Shown here piece by piece: positions 16,867 through 27,197 of a stretch of DNA of 64,000 nt. The notes beneath the pieces are model-generated. The model was not told where the DNA came from, did no database searches, and was given only the letters and a program-made list of their open reading frames with translations. Each line of letters starts with the position of its first letter. Positions within the stretch are counted from its first letter, which is position 1. The stretch spans positions 3,351,056 to 3,415,055 of the forward strand of contig JADJQR010000001.1 in the NCBI GenBank assembly GCA_016712675.1, given 5' to 3'. A program made the position numbers and the translations under genes. This stretch comes from a bacterium (GTDB taxonomy: Bacteria; Krumholzibacteriota; Krumholzibacteriia; LZORAL124-64-63).

Positions 16867-19401
16867 CTATTTCAGCATCACCATCTTGTGCTCGGCAACT
16901 TCGCCGTCGGCCTGCAGGCGTGCCAGGTAGACACCGCTGCCGACCCGGCGGCCGCTGCCGTCCAATCCGTCCCAGACGGCGCTATGGCCGCCGGCCTCGA
17001 GGTTGCCGGCCACCAGGCGCCGAACGAGGCGTCCCTGGGCGTCGTACACGTCCAACTGGACGGGGCCGGCCTTCGCCAGCGCGAACTCGACCTTCGTCAG
17101 CGGGTTGAACGGGTTCGGATGGTTGCCCAGCGCCAGTGCGCGTCCGGGCACGTCGCCGACGCCGGCCACGTAGGACGGCAGCGCCCACAGCTCGACGTCG
17201 TCGATGTTCCAGCCGGAGTAGGTCCAACTGCCGTCGGTGGTGCCCATGGTCCAACGGATCAGCACGTTCGGCTGGCCGTCGGCCAGCGCGCTGATGTCGT
17301 AGCTGACCTGCGTCCACGCCGCGTCCGTGATCTCGCTCGCGTTCGTCCAGATGGTGGTCCAGCTGCCGCCGCCGTTGGTGCTGATCCGCACGTAGGCGTG
17401 ATCATAGGACGGTTGCTCGACGTTGAGCCAGCGCCAGAACTTCAGCACGGTGCCCTGCATGGCCGAGCAGTCGATGGCCGTGGTGGTCAGGTGCGACTCG
17501 GCCATGTTGTTCGGGTAGTCGCCGGTCAGGTTGTAGCCCAGCACGTTGCCCCCGGTGTAGCCGCTGGTCGGATCGTTCTCGCCGTAGGAGCCGCCACCGC
17601 CGGACGGCACGCCGAACGCCCAGCCGGTGCCCAGCGTCCAGCCCGGGTTGGAATCCAGCGGGAAGCTGACCGTCGCCACCGGCACGCCCACCTTCAGGCT
17701 GAGCCCGCGGATCGTGCTGCCTTGGCCGTCGGTCGTGTTCGTGATGGTCAGTGAACCGGTGTGGATCCCGTTGCCCAGCGAATTGGCTGCCGCGTTCAGG
17801 GTCACCGTGACAGAGGTCTGGGCGCCGGCCGCAAGGGTGCCGCTGCCGTTGCCGACGGTCGCCCAGGCGACATCGGCGACGGCGGTGTAATTGATGGGAT
17901 AGGCGCTGTTGTTCGTGAGCGTGTAGGACGTCCCCGTGGGCGTGAACGGCCCGCCGGGATTGCCCTCGGACGCGAACGCGGCGCCGCCCACCGACAGGCC
18001 GCTGGCCCACGGCGCGTAGGTGTCCAGGGTCACGGTGCCGCTGGCGGTCGGGTCCAGGTAGCTGGCGATGGCCGACCACGAGGTCGACAGGCGCCCGTAC
18101 CAGTCCGACGAGTTGTTGCCGCAGGCCGCGTAGCCGCCGTGCAGCTGGCCCACGACGCGGTGGTTCAGGTCGAACAGCGGCGAGCCGGACGAGCCCGGCT
18201 CCGTGGTGCCCAGATCCCAGTCGATGACGCGGATGTGGTTGCCGCCAGCCACGACGGTGTTGCCCAGGTAGGCAGTCGTGGTGGTCGCGTCGTACTCGAA
18301 GCTGATGCTCTTCTCGTCCGTATCCGGGTGGTGGATCGCCACAACGCCCCCGAAGTCCTGCGTGGACTTGTTCCAGCCGGCGAAAGAGACCTCGTGGTCG
18401 GGGTTCACCGGGTCATCCATGCGCACCAGCGTGAAGTCCGAGGTGCTGCTGGCGGCCAGGAACACCGAGCCGGTCTGGAACTCCGCCAGGCTGCCGCCGC
18501 TCTGCTGTCCGCAGACGGGGCTCTGGAAGTTCCAGTAGACCACCAGCGAGGCAGCGTTGCTCGCGCCGATGCCGCAGTGGTTGGCCGTCAGGAAGTACGG
18601 CGTGCCGTCCTCGGCCGTGTTGTTCAGCATCGAGCCGGTGCAGAAGGTGCTGCCGCCGGTCGAGATCACGCCCACGGAGTTGATCTCCAGCCGCCAGTCG
18701 TCACCCTCGGGGCAGACGACGTCGATGTTGCAGGCGCCCGCCTTGCCGGCCGCCAGGTCCTGCTGCATACGCTCGATCTGCTCGCCGAAGAACGCGTAGC
18801 CGCGGTTGATCGAGCCGATCCGCAGCTCGTAGTCGTGGCGCGATTCCCTCGGCAGCACGAGCTCGACCATGATGTCCTCGGCGACCACGACCGGGGTCCA
18901 CAGCTCGCCGTGGTCCTCGTTGTCGGCGTCGGTGAAGACGCGGACGCCGCGGACGTCGTCGTGGGCCTTGGCATCGGTCGGGTACAGCGACAGGCGCGCG
19001 CCCTTGGGCAGGCGGTAGGCCGTGAAGCCCAGGTTCAGCGAGAGCGCCCCCGGCGAGGTGACGCGCAGGCGCCACATCGTGAACCGCTCGTCCAGGTCCT
19101 CCCAGGTACCGGCCGTCTCCGGCGACAGGTCCACCAGCTGGGGCACGGCGAAGCGCGGCGGCAGGCCCGCCTCGGCGCGGCCGCCGTCCTCGGCCAGCGC
19201 GGCGGCACGGTCGACCGGCATGGCCCCGAACGCTGCCACGGCCGTGACGGACGCGACGGGGTACTCCGCGGCGACCGGGCCCTGCACGGCCAGGGGGTTG
19301 AGGTAGGTGCGCGGGGCGTCGGCGGCGACGGCGGCCGTGGCCGCCAGCAGCAGCGCCAGCGCCACCAGGGTCAGCCGGTGGTGCGTTCGAAATGAGGTCA
19401 T
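16867..19401 (-). CDS. Secreted trypsin-like serine peptidase (lysyl-endopeptidase-like) with T9SS-type C-terminal domain
   Basis: Signal peptide; catalytic-triad-like motifs (LTANHCG ... GTTEPGSSGSPLFD); C-terminal NHPNPFNPLTKVEFAL...VYDAQGRLVRRL...GVYLARL...KMVMLK; GGAGGAA RBS upstream of the ATG at 19401. Confidence 0.75.
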   Translation of the reverse strand: MTSFRTHHRLTLVALALLLAATAAVAADAPRTYLNPLAVQGPVAAEYPVASVTAVAAFGAMPVDRAAALAEDGGRAEAGLPPRFAVPQLVDLSPETAGTWEDLDERFTMWRLRVTSPGALSLNLGFTAYRLPKGARLSLYPTDAKAHDDVRGVRVFTDADNEDHGELWTPVVVAEDIMVELVLPRESRHDYELRIGSINRGYAFFGEQIERMQQDLAAGKAGACNIDVVCPEGDDWRLEINSVGVISTGGSTFCTGSMLNNTAEDGTPYFLTANHCGIGASNAASLVVYWNFQSPVCGQQSGGSLAEFQTGSVFLAASSTSDFTLVRMDDPVNPDHEVSFAGWNKSTQDFGGVVAIHHPDTDEKSISFEYDATTTTAYLGNTVVAGGNHIRVIDWDLGTTEPGSSGSPLFDLNHRVVGQLHGGYAACGNNSSDWYGRLSTSWSAIASYLDPTASGTVTLDTYAPWASGLSVGGAAFASEGNPGGPFTPTGTSYTLTNNSAYPINYTAVADVAWATVGNGSGTLAAGAQTSVTVTLNAAANSLGNGIHTGSLTITNTTDGQGSTIRGLSLKVGVPVATVSFPLDSNPGWTLGTGWAFGVPSGGGGSYGENDPTSGYTGGNVLGYNLTGDYPNNMAESHLTTTAIDCSAMQGTVLKFWRWLNVEQPSYDHAYVRISTNGGGSWTTIWTNASEITDAAWTQVSYDISALADGQPNVLIRWTMGTTDGSWTYSGWNIDDVELWALPSYVAGVGDVPGRALALGNHPNPFNPLTKVEFALAKAGPVQLDVYDAQGRLVRRLVAGNLEAGGHSAVWDGLDGSGRRVGSGVYLARLQADGEVAEHKMVMLK

Positions 19402-19693
19402 CGGATTCCTCCGGGGCGAGTGGCAATGCGCGCGCCGGGGCCGCTCCCGGCCCGGATACGCGCGGGGGATCGCTCACACCAAGATCGCCCCAGATGATAC
19501 CATACCGACCTGCTCGCAACCAGTTCAATCGGATGCCTGCGCAAATATATCTGCTTCCTGTTATCCCATTTGCGTCCTCATGTGTTCCAGTGATGTGATA
19601 AAATGCGAGTTGATCCATGGATATTTTGAAGATAATGGGAATCAATTGCGTCGCAGCGGGCCGAGAGCTCCCGGCCGGGTTCCGGACAGACGA

Positions 19694-19721
19694 CGGCCGC
19701 GACCCAACCGGATCGCGGCCG
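19694..19721 (-). terminator. Hairpin downstream of the aconitase gene
   Basis: Perfect 9-bp inverted repeat CGGCCGCGA / TCGCGGCCG with a 10-nt loop, just past the aconitase stop; no U-tract. Confidence 0.35.
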
Positions 19722-19749
19722 TGCCGTCCCCTACAGGCCGGTCAGCGCC

Positions 19750-22020
19750 TCAACGCCCGCCTGCCTTGATCCGGTTGAGCGCCGAGCCCGCCCGGAACCA
19801 GGCGATCTGCTCCTCGGTGAAGGTGTGCTCCAGCACGACTTCCTCCCGGCTGCCGTCCTTGTGGTTCAGCACCATGGTCACCGGCTTGCCCGGGGCCAGG
19901 CCGGCCAGCCCGACCAGGTCGATGCGGTCGTCCTCGCGCACCTTGTCGTAGTCCGCCGGCCTGGCGAAGGTCAGCGGCAGCAGCCCCTGCTTCTTGAGGT
20001 TGGTCTCGTGGATCCGCGCGAAGCTGCGCACGATCACGGCCGCCCCGCCCAGGTGCCGCGGCTCCATCGCCGCGTGCTCGCGGGACGACCCCTCGCCGTA
20101 GTTCTCGTCGCCGACCACGACCCACTTCAGGCCGGCGGCCTTGTAGGCGCGCGCCACCTGCGGCACCTCACCCTTGCTGCCGTCCAGCTGGTTGGTGACC
20201 TGGTTGATCGCCTCCCCGAAGGCATTGACCGCGCCGATCAGCATGTTGTTGCTGATGTTGTCGAGGTGGCCGCGGTACTTCAGCCAGGGGCCGGCCATCG
20301 AGATGTGGTCGGTCGTGCACTTGCCCAGCGCCTTGATCAGCAGCGGCAGGCCCAGGAGGTCCTTGCCGTCCCAGGGGGCGAACGGTTCCAGCAGCGCCAG
20401 CCGGTCGCTCTTCGGGTCGACGATGACCTTCAGCGCGGCGGCGTTCGCCGGCGGCGCCTGGTAGCCCGCCTCCGAGAACACGAAGCCGTTTGGTGGCAAC
20501 TCGTCGGCCTTCGCCGGCGCATCGAGCTTCACCTGCGAGCCGTCGGCCGCCGTCAGGCTGTCGACCAGCGGGTTGAACTTCAGCGAGCCCGACAGCCCAT
20601 ACGCCATGACGATCTCGGGGCTGCCGATGAATGCGTTGGTGCCCGGGTTGCCGTCGGCGCGCTTTTTGAAGTTGCGGTTGAAGCTCGTGACGATGCTGTT
20701 GACTTCGCCGTCCTTGATGTCGTCGCGCTGCCACTGCCCGATGCAGGGGCCGCAGGCGTTGGTCAGCACCGTGGCGCCGGCCTGCTCCAGCACGGCCAGC
20801 TGGCCATCGCGCTTGATCGTCTCGTAGATCTGGTCCGAGCCCGGCGAGACCCACAGCGAGGTCTTCATCTTCAGGCCCTTGGCCACGGCCTGGCGCGCCA
20901 CGTCGGTCGCGCGGCAGATGTCCTCATAGCTGCTGTTGGTGCAGCTGCCGATCAGCGCGGCGGTGATCTTCGCGGGATAGCCCTCGCGCTCGACATCGGC
21001 GGCGATCCGGCCGACCGGCCGCGCGATGTCGGGCGAGTGCGGCCCCACCAGGTGCGGCTCCAGCGTCGAGAGGTCGATCTCGATCACCTTGTCGTAGAAC
21101 TTCTGCGGCGCCGCGGCCACCTCCGGATCGGCCGCCAGCAGGTCCGCATTGGCGGCGGCCAGGTCGGCCAGTTCGCCGCGGCGCGTGGCGCGCAGGTAGC
21201 GCGCCATGCTGTCGTCCCAGGGGAAGATCGAGGTCGTGGCCCCCAGCTCGGCGCCCATGTTCGTGATCGTCGCCTTGCCCGTACAGCTGAGCGCCGCGGT
21301 GCCCGGCCCGAAGTACTCGATGATGGCGTTGGTGCCGCCCTTGACCGTCAGGATGCCCAGCAGCTTCAGGATGACGTCCTTCGGCGCCGTCCAGCCCGAG
21401 GGCGCGCCCGTCAGCTTGACGCCGATCAGCTTCGGGTGCTTGACCTCCCAGTCCATGCCGACCATGACGTCGACGGCATCCGCGCCGCCCACGCCACAGG
21501 CCACCATGCCCAGCCCGCCGCCGTTGGGCGTGTGGCTGTCGGTGCCGATGATCAGGCCGCCGGGGAACGCGTAGTTCTCCAGCACGATCTGGTGGATGAT
21601 GCCCGATCCTGGCTTCCAGAACCCCATACCGTAGCGCGCGCCCGCCGAGCTCAGAAAATCGTACACCTCGCGGTTGGTCTCCATCGCGGTGGCCTTGTCC
21701 GCCTCGGCCCCCTTGTGCGCGATCAGCAGGTGGTCGCAATGGATGGTGGTCGGCACCGCCGTCTCGTCGCGCCCGGCCTGCATGAACTGCAGGATGGCCA
21801 TCTGGGCGGTCGCGTCCTGCATCGCCACGCGGTCGGGCCGCAGCGCCAGGGTCGCCTCGCCGCGCGCCAGTTCCTGGCCCGCCGGGTCGGACAGGTGCCC
21901 GAACAGCACCTTCTCGGCCAGGGTCAGCGGACGGCCCAGCCGCCCGCGCACGACAGCCAGGCGGCTGCGCGAGGTCGCGTAGACTTCCTTCACCATGCTC
22001 GGAGTGGTCTCGATGGCCAT
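19750..22020 (-). CDS. acn: Aconitate hydratase (mitochondrial-type aconitase)
   Basis: 756 aa with aconitase family signatures ([34 protein letters not shown]). Confidence 0.9.
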   Translation of the reverse strand: MAIETTPSMVKEVYATSRSRLAVVRGRLGRPLTLAEKVLFGHLSDPAGQELARGEATLALRPDRVAMQDATAQMAILQFMQAGRDETAVPTTIHCDHLLIAHKGAEADKATAMETNREVYDFLSSAGARYGMGFWKPGSGIIHQIVLENYAFPGGLIIGTDSHTPNGGGLGMVACGVGGADAVDVMVGMDWEVKHPKLIGVKLTGAPSGWTAPKDVILKLLGILTVKGGTNAIIEYFGPGTAALSCTGKATITNMGAELGATTSIFPWDDSMARYLRATRRGELADLAAANADLLAADPEVAAAPQKFYDKVIEIDLSTLEPHLVGPHSPDIARPVGRIAADVEREGYPAKITAALIGSCTNSSYEDICRATDVARQAVAKGLKMKTSLWVSPGSDQIYETIKRDGQLAVLEQAGATVLTNACGPCIGQWQRDDIKDGEVNSIVTSFNRNFKKRADGNPGTNAFIGSPEIVMAYGLSGSLKFNPLVDSLTAADGSQVKLDAPAKADELPPNGFVFSEAGYQAPPANAAALKVIVDPKSDRLALLEPFAPWDGKDLLGLPLLIKALGKCTTDHISMAGPWLKYRGHLDNISNNMLIGAVNAFGEAINQVTNQLDGSKGEVPQVARAYKAAGLKWVVVGDENYGEGSSREHAAMEPRHLGGAAVIVRSFARIHETNLKKQGLLPLTFARPADYDKVREDDRIDLVGLAGLAPGKPVTMVLNHKDGSREEVVLEHTFTEEQIAWFRAGSALNRIKAGGR

Positions 22021-22171
22021 GTTCGGGGTCCTCCTGGACGCCGGCGGGCGTGGGGCTGGGGCAGGTTGGCGCGGCGCCGGCCGCCGGGCGGCCGCGCCCC
22101 GGGCCGGGACGGCTCACCGGGCGAATATAGGCGATCAGGCCGGCGATTTCCCGCACTTTCGCGGGCGGGGC

Positions 22172-22903
22172 TCAGCGCCCCTGCAGCAGGCGGTCGGCCA
22201 GCAGGCGGGGCAGCCCGGCGTCCAGGATGTCCCGGCGCGCGCCCTCGATGTCGTAGACGACCCGCTGGAAGGCCACCCGCGCGGCGCCGCGCTCCCAGAC
22301 CGCGAACGCGGCACGGGGGTCGCCATCGCGCGGCTGCCCCACGCTGCCCGGATTGACGAGGATGCGCCGGGTCGGGTCGGCGGCAACGACGCCCGGCTGC
22401 GGGCGCAGGAGCGTCTGGCCGTCGTAGAGCACCTGGTGGTGCGTGTGGCCGAAGAAGCAGACGCCCGGGCCGTCATCCTCCAGCAACGCGGCCGAGACCT
22501 CGTTCAGGTCGTCCAGGAACACGAGGTAGCGGTCGCGGTCGCCGGGCGCGCCGTGCACGAACTGCGCCCGGGCGTCCGGGCGCAGGCTGGTCGGCAGCGC
22601 GCGGAGCCAGGCCAGGTGCCCCGCGTCCAGCAGGCCCCGGTTGTGCGCGACGGCCGCCAGCGAGTAGACGTTGAAGTCCAGCTGCAGCGAGGCATCGGCG
22701 ATCAGCGCGTCGTGGTTGCCCTGGACCACCCCGGTGGCCCGCGCGCGCACGAGTTCCAGGCACTCCACCGGTTTCGCGCCGTAGCCGACGACGTCGCCCA
22801 GGCAATACAGTGCGTCCACCGCCAGCGTGTCGATGCGCTCGAGCACCGCCGTCAACGCCTGCAGGTTGCTGTGCACGTCGGAAATGACGGCGATGCGGTC
22901 CAT
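22172..22903 (-). CDS. Metallophosphoesterase (calcineurin-like, YfcE/MJ0936 family)
   Basis: Motifs DVHSN, GDVVGYG, GNHD, GHTH. Confidence 0.75.
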   Translation of the reverse strand: MDRIAVISDVHSNLQALTAVLERIDTLAVDALYCLGDVVGYGAKPVECLELVRARATGVVQGNHDALIADASLQLDFNVYSLAAVAHNRGLLDAGHLAWLRALPTSLRPDARAQFVHGAPGDRDRYLVFLDDLNEVSAALLEDDGPGVCFFGHTHHQVLYDGQTLLRPQPGVVAADPTRRILVNPGSVGQPRDGDPRAAFAVWERGAARVAFQRVVYDIEGARRDILDAGLPRLLADRLLQGR

Positions 22904-22971
22904 GGCACCCCGGTCTCGTGGATTGGCGGGGCAGCCCCATCCGGCGCGCCCCGAGGCGATGGAGCCGGCGG

Positions 22972-23002
22972 TTGACCGGACCCCTGCCCGGCACCATATA
23001 CT
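22972..23002 (+). promoter_or_regulatory. Sigma-70-like promoter candidate for the PLP-enzyme gene
   Basis: TTGACC (22972-22977), 19-nt spacer, TATACT (22997-23002); ATG at 23041. Spacer is longer than the 17-nt optimum. Confidence 0.35.
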
Positions 23003-23040
23003 AGCGTTTCAGCAACCGCAATCAGCAGGGAGACTTCCGC

Positions 23041-24504
23041 ATGGACCCGAAGCTCAACCAGGTGGACGAGACGGTTCTGGCGCGCGCCGCGCAGCGCTGC
23101 CGCGAACGCGGCATCGTCATCCCCACGATCGCCCAGATGAAGGACCCGGCGCTGATCCCTGCCGGCCGCCGCCGACGGTTGAAGGATGTCGGCCTGTGGG
23201 ACCTGGACCCGGCCAACCTCTTCCGCATCACCTGGAAGAACGACCCGGTCAACGGCGGCTTCAACGACGGCAACTGGGTGGAATTCCCCCGCGAACTGAC
23301 GGGCGTCGACGCCCGCATCGTCGGCCTGGTCGGCAAGTGGTTCCCGACCGGCGCCCACAAGGTGGGTGCCGCCTTCGGCTGCCTGGTGCCGCGCCTGGTC
23401 ACCGGCCAGTTCGACCCCGTGACGCAGAAGGCCGTCTGGCCGAGCACGGGCAACTACTGCCGCGGCGGCGCCTGGGACTCGAAGCTGCTGGGCTGCGAAT
23501 CGGTGGCGATCCTGCCGGAGGAGATGAGCGCCGAGCGTTTCGCCTGGCTCAAGGGCATCGCCAGCGAGGTCATCGCCACGCCGGGCTGCGAGTCGAACGT
23601 CAAGGAAATCTACGACAAGTGCTGGGAGATCCGCCGCACGCGGCCCGAATGCGTGATCTTCAACCAGTTCGAGGAATTCGGCAACCCGACCTGGCACTAC
23701 CACGTGACCGGCGGCGCGGTGCAGGAGATCTTCGAGCGCATCGGCGGGCCGGGCGCACGCCTGGCGGCCTGGGTTTCGTCGACCGGCTCGGCAGGGACGA
23801 TCGGCGCCGGCGACTTCCTCAAGACCAGGCATCCCCACGCCCTGGTCGTGGCGGTCGAGGCGCTGCAGTGCCCGACACTCTACGCCTGCGGTTTCGGCGC
23901 GCATCGCATCGAGGGCATTGGCGACAAGCACGTGCCGTGGGTGCACAACGTGCGCAACACGGACTTCGTCGCCGCGATCGACGACGAGCAGTGCCTCGGC
24001 CTGCTGCGCCTGTGCAACGAACCGGCCGGCCGGCAGGTCCTCGGTGACGCAAGCGTGCCGCAGGCGCTGGTCGACCGACTCCCCCTGCTGGGCATCTCGT
24101 CGCTGTGCAACCTGGCCGCGGCCATCAAGACCGCGCGTCACTACGACCTGGGCTCGCGCGACCTGCTGTTCATGCCGCTGACCGACTCGGCGGAGATGTA
24201 CGCTTCCCGCCTGGTCGAGATGACGGCCGCCCGCGGCGCCTATGCGCGCGAGAACGCGCTGGTGGACCATGCCCGCTGGCTGCTCGGGTGCGTTCCTGAC
24301 CATGTGCGCGAGCTGAGCTACCTGGACCGCAAGGCGCTGCACAACTTCAAGTACTTCACCTGGGTCGAGCAGCAGGGACGCACCGTCGAGGAGCTGCGGC
24401 AACTGTGGGACCAGGACTTCTGGGCCGAGACCTACGACGTGGTCGAGGCCTGGGACCGCCGGATCGACGAGTTCAACGCACGGGTCGGGCTCGGCGACAG
24501 CTGA
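23041..24504 (+). CDS. PLP-dependent fold-type II enzyme (TrpB/CysK-like) with N- and C-terminal extensions
   Basis: 487 aa; candidate PLP-lysine region PTGAHKVGAAFG resembles the TrpB TGSHK motif; glycine-rich loop SSTGSAGTIGAG. Specific function not assignable. Confidence 0.6.
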   Translation: MDPKLNQVDETVLARAAQRCRERGIVIPTIAQMKDPALIPAGRRRRLKDVGLWDLDPANLFRITWKNDPVNGGFNDGNWVEFPRELTGVDARIVGLVGKWFPTGAHKVGAAFGCLVPRLVTGQFDPVTQKAVWPSTGNYCRGGAWDSKLLGCESVAILPEEMSAERFAWLKGIASEVIATPGCESNVKEIYDKCWEIRRTRPECVIFNQFEEFGNPTWHYHVTGGAVQEIFERIGGPGARLAAWVSSTGSAGTIGAGDFLKTRHPHALVVAVEALQCPTLYACGFGAHRIEGIGDKHVPWVHNVRNTDFVAAIDDEQCLGLLRLCNEPAGRQVLGDASVPQALVDRLPLLGISSLCNLAAAIKTARHYDLGSRDLLFMPLTDSAEMYASRLVEMTAARGAYARENALVDHARWLLGCVPDHVRELSYLDRKALHNFKYFTWVEQQGRTVEELRQLWDQDFWAETYDVVEAWDRRIDEFNARVGLGDS

Positions 24505-24531
24505 CCGCCGGGCGGCCGCCGACGCCGCCCG

Positions 24532-25359
24532 TCACTGCGCATGCACGGTCAGGCCGCTGCGCCGCACCTCGCCCAGGTCGTACTCCGCCATGGGGGCGCA
24601 CCAGGTCGCCCGCAGCTCGTCGCCGCGCGCGGCGAAGGCCGCCGTGTAGTCCGGCGGCAGCCCGCCCGGCCCGAACGGCACCTCGGCGGCAGCGCCCTCC
24701 ATGCGGTCCGCCTCGTCGCGCCACAGCCCCGCCGCGGCTCCGTCGCCAACCTCCTCCAGCGCCGCGGCGTGCCGCCGCATGAGGCCCAGCACCGTCGTCC
24801 GCAGGCGCTCGACGCGCGCACCGTCGCCTTCCCCATCGTCGCCGTCGGCCCGGTCCGGGATCGGATGCCCCAGCCACGAATGGTAGGCCAGCACGTAGAT
24901 CCAGGTGTACTCGCCCAGGCCCATCTTCTGTTCGAGCAGGGCCCGGTTGCGGGCCTCGTTCAGCTTGCCGATGTCCCCGACCAGGCCCAGGATGCTGCCG
25001 GTGACACTCGTGACGGCGCGGAAGATCTCGCGGCCGGGGGGCTGGTCGCTCTGCGACCCGAGTTCATCCATGCGGCCCAGGTCACGGGTGAATTCCTCGA
25101 ACGCGGCGCAATGCGGCATCACGGCGCGGCGGACCGCCAGGAAGGCGTCCAAACGGTCGGCTGCGACGGGCCCGGCCGGCGGCACGTGGTCGTCGGGGGC
25201 GCCGAGGGCGGCCACCAGTTCCTTCTGCGCGTCGATCGCCCGGTCCAGCGGCGGCATGAGGAACAGCCCCAGCACGATGGGGCCGCCGATCGACAGGAGG
25301 ATCAGCCCGCCACAGCCGAGGCCGCAGCCCAGGAGCCACTTGCGCGGTTTGCCGGCCAT
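24532..25359 (-). CDS. Hypothetical membrane-anchored protein
   Basis: 275 aa with N-terminal TM segment (LLGCGLGCGGLILLSIGGPIVLGLFLM); no motif recognised. Confidence 0.4.
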   Translation of the reverse strand: MAGKPRKWLLGCGLGCGGLILLSIGGPIVLGLFLMPPLDRAIDAQKELVAALGAPDDHVPPAGPVAADRLDAFLAVRRAVMPHCAAFEEFTRDLGRMDELGSQSDQPPGREIFRAVTSVTGSILGLVGDIGKLNEARNRALLEQKMGLGEYTWIYVLAYHSWLGHPIPDRADGDDGEGDGARVERLRTTVLGLMRRHAAALEEVGDGAAAGLWRDEADRMEGAAAEVPFGPGGLPPDYTAAFAARGDELRATWCAPMAEYDLGEVRRSGLTVHAQ

Positions 25360-25601
25360 CGGCGCCTCCTCGCGGGTCCGGTCGGTAGGTAAGGTTCTCC
25401 ATTATCACGCCGGCACGCCCCCGGGCAAGCTCGCAGGTTCCGGCCCGTCCTGAAGGACGCACACGCCGCCCGTGCGGTTGCGCGCCGTTCATGGTATCGT
25501 GTTTCACTCCGGTTTCAGGAGCCCCGACGCCCGCTGTCCCCGACGGGCACGGCCAGGGGGTCAGCACCCATTGTCGCCCGCCAGCCACGGGAGGACCCGC
25601 A

Positions 25602-26482
25602 TGCCGCTGAAAGTTTCCGATCAGATCCGGACCCGCGTCGCCAGCGGCGAGATCACCGCTGCCGAGGCCGATCGCTTCGGGGCGTTCGTCGCCACCTGCA
25701 ATCGCGACCTGATGACCCACCCGGTCATCACGAACAACCGGTTCTGCGAATGGTTCGCGCGCGGCGAGGCCGACCGCGACATCGTGCGCCATTTCGTCGT
25801 GCAGTTCTCGGTGTTCTCGAACCTCTTCCTCATCGCGCAGCTCCAGAAGTGCATCAATGCCGGCTCGCTCGAGGGCATGCGTGCCTCGAAGGAGATCCTG
25901 GCCAACGAGATCGGCGTCATCTTCAACAAGCCGGGCGCCGCGTCGAAGGCCGTCAGCGACACCGACCGGGAAGGGGATCCGGCGATCGTCTCGACCGAAG
26001 GCACGGTCGACGGCGGCACGTTCCGCTTCGCGGCGGCGCATTTCGAGTGGTTGCTGCGCATGGGTGAGGTTCTGGATCTGGGCTTCAACGACATGGGCAA
26101 GCGGCGGCACGGGACGCCGTCGACGCTGTTCTTCTGCGACCAGCTGTCCGCGATCTACGGCAGCGACGACCCCAACACGGCCGAGGGCGCCAGCTTCGCG
26201 GTCGAGAACTGGGCAGCCGCCGGCTTCTGGAAGCAGCTCGTGGCGGGCCTGGACGCCTTCAAGAAGCGCGAGTGCCCCCAGCTGCCGCTGGCCTTCTTCA
26301 CCTGGCACGACCGCATCGAGGAGCAGCACGCCGGCCACGTCATGGATGAGCTGGAGGAATTGTACTTCACGCCCGACTTCGACGAGGCTAAGTTCCTGGA
26401 CGGCGGCCGCCGCATGCTGGACGGCGTCCAGGCGTTCTGGACCGGGTTGAACGAGCACCGGATCGCCGCCGCCTACAGCTGA
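25602..26482 (+). CDS. Heme-oxygenase-like fold enzyme (iron-containing redox enzyme family, PqqC/TenA/CADD-like)
   Basis: Start set at the ATG at 25602 preceded by GGAGGA; helical protein with E/H-rich candidate metal ligands (ILANEIG, FFTWHDRIEEQHAGHVMDELEE). Confidence 0.5.
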
Positions 26483-26507
26483 CCCCGTACCCTGGAAGGG
26501 CGGTCGC

Positions 26508-27137
26508 ATGAAGCGACGTCTGTTGGTCGCGCGAGCGCTGGCCTGCGGGCTGGCGCTCGCCGCGTCGGCGTCCGCGCAGGACCCGATGGTCGCCGCGAAA
26601 TCCGACAGTCTGGCGCCGCCCCTCCCGGGCGAGCGCGAACAGGCCCTGGCTGCCTGGGACCGCGCCGCCGTGCCCGGCCCCTGGCACGCCTTCCTGGCCG
26701 GCCGCGCCGGCCGCTGGAACGTCGCCGGCCGCATCTGGAACGAGCCGGGCGGCGAGCCCGCGCTCTCGACCGGCGAGTCCCGCCTGGAGATGCTCCTGGA
26801 TGGCCGCTTCCTGCAGGAGCGCCACCGGGGCCAGGTCGACGGCCGCGCCTACGAAGGCCTGGGCCTGCTCGGCTTCGACAACGCCGACAGCACGGTCACG
26901 GCCATCTGGCTCGACAACCTCGGCACCCGTACGGCGGTCCTGAGCGGCCGCGCCCGAGCGCCGGGCGATCCGGTTCACCTGCGCGGGACGTACACCGATC
27001 CGGCGAGCGGTCGTGTGGTCTCGCTGCGCCTGGTCATCACCTGGAACGGCGCCAACCGGCAGCGCTGGGAGTATTTCGGGGCGCCCGAGGGCTTCGACGA
27101 GGCGCGCCTGATGGAACTGGACTACACTCGGCGTTGA
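26508..27137 (+). CDS. Hypothetical secreted protein (possibly DUF1579-like)
   Basis: Signal peptide (MKRRLLVARALACGLALAASASA); no catalytic motif recognised. Confidence 0.45.
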   Translation: MKRRLLVARALACGLALAASASAQDPMVAAKSDSLAPPLPGEREQALAAWDRAAVPGPWHAFLAGRAGRWNVAGRIWNEPGGEPALSTGESRLEMLLDGRFLQERHRGQVDGRAYEGLGLLGFDNADSTVTAIWLDNLGTRTAVLSGRARAPGDPVHLRGTYTDPASGRVVSLRLVITWNGANRQRWEYFGAPEGFDEARLMELDYTRR

Positions 27138-27141
27138 AACG

Positions 27142-27173
27142 GGCGGCGGCGCTACCGATCCTGCGCCGCCGCC
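27142..27173. terminator. Bidirectional terminator hairpin between convergent genes
   Basis: Perfect 11-bp inverted repeat GGCGGCGGCGC (27142-27152) / GCGCCGCCGCC (27163-27173) with a 10-nt loop. Confidence 0.45.
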
Positions 27174-27197
27174 CGCCAAGTTCGCGACTCGTGTTTC

